DNA of 6,515 nucleotides from a virus (Duplodnaviria; Heunggongvirae; Uroviricota; Caudoviricetes): IMG/VR virus record IMGVR_UViG_2529293223_000008; one strand, 5' to 3'. Shown piece by piece: positions 6,372 to 6,515 of this stretch (position 1 is its first letter; each line of letters starts with the position of its first letter). The notes under the pieces were generated by a model. It saw only the letters and a program-made list of their open reading frames with translations, ran no database searches and was not told where the DNA came from. The position numbers and the translations under genes were made by a program.

Positions 6372-6515
6372 ATGTCGCAAAAATCGCTAATCGCCATCAC
6401 CACACTGTGCGTGACGGCAATCCTCATCATCTGGATGTTGCAGGGTTCGCTCTGCGAGATACGGATGAGTTTCTGGGGAGCGGAGTTTGCGGCGTTCTTA
6501 CAATGTAGACAGTAA
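6372..6515 (+). CDS. hok: Hok/Gef-family-like type I toxin (small membrane peptide), 47 aa
   Basis: Translates to MSQKSLIAITTLCVTAILIIWMLQGSLCEIRMSFWGAEFAAFLQCRQ. Single hydrophobic helix, then SLCEIR, then E-x-AAFL near the C-terminus, the layout of Hok-family toxins (HokA-like ...SLCELH...ELAAFLAC as I recall it). Strong ribosome-binding site. Below the ORF-track size cut-off. Stop coincides with the window end, so the 3' UTR is not visible. No overlapping mok-like frame with a canonical start found. Confidence 0.6.
   Translation: MSQKSLIAITTLCVTAILIIWMLQGSLCEIRMSFWGAEFAAFLQCRQ

Noticed and set aside
5706-6380. ORFs 5706-6014 (+), 5843-6112 (-) and 6189-6380 (-) in the IS150-hok spacer, including a possible 26-codon ORF from ATG 5934 (MKNKTIFCFVILKDL...)
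   Set aside because: Low-complexity translations spanning obvious repeat and hairpin DNA, with no convincing ribosome-binding site except a marginal AGGA before 5934. More likely regulatory or non-coding. The 6189-6380 minus-strand ORF overlaps the hok ribosome-binding site and is more plausibly the location of an antisense RNA than a protein gene.
6250-6410. Search for an overlapping mok-like reading frame upstream of the hok-like ORF
   Set aside because: One alternative frame has stops at 6334 and 6337. The other is open from 6326 but contains no ATG/GTG/TTG start upstream of the hok ATG (first is GTG 6407). No canonical mok, so none is annotated.
4176-6515. Idea that this is the E. coli K-12 hokA locus, which also has an adjacent IS150
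   Set aside because: As I recall it, the K-12 hokA region is flanked by cspA and glyS, not by phage tail genes, and the toxin sequence here differs from HokA. The resemblance is a shared theme, not an identification. Would need an alignment to settle.
1-6515. tRNA, rRNA, CRISPR array, integrase or attachment site
   Set aside because: No cloverleaf-like or rRNA-like sequence, no regularly spaced repeat array, and no integrase-like ORF seen. The prophage boundary cannot be defined from this window.

Overview
The window reads as the distal end of a prophage tail-fibre module followed by accessory DNA. Left to right on the + strand: the 3' end of a tail fibre gene (1-375), a tail fibre assembly gene (377-904), and a tightly packed three-gene operon (1041-3985). 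The operon's last and largest product (562 aa) carries a VgrG/gp5-type OB-fold signature and looks like a baseplate hub-spike protein. The two smaller products (247 and 188 aa) match nothing I can recognise. After a 190 bp gap comes a complete IS150 copy (4176-5618, 1443 bp) with imperfect terminal inverted repeats, both transposase ORFs, the A-AAA-AAG frameshift site and a 3 bp CGC target-site duplication. About 750 bp of apparently non-coding DNA follows, then a 47-codon Hok/Gef-like toxin ORF (6372-6515) with a strong ribosome-binding site, ending exactly at the window edge and absent from the supplied ORF track. I see no tRNA, rRNA, CRISPR array, integrase or att site. The best candidate for something undescribed is the three-gene operon sitting in the cargo position downstream of the tail fibre assembly gene, with the Hok-like locus second. 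All family assignments come from reading the translations by eye; no search was run.
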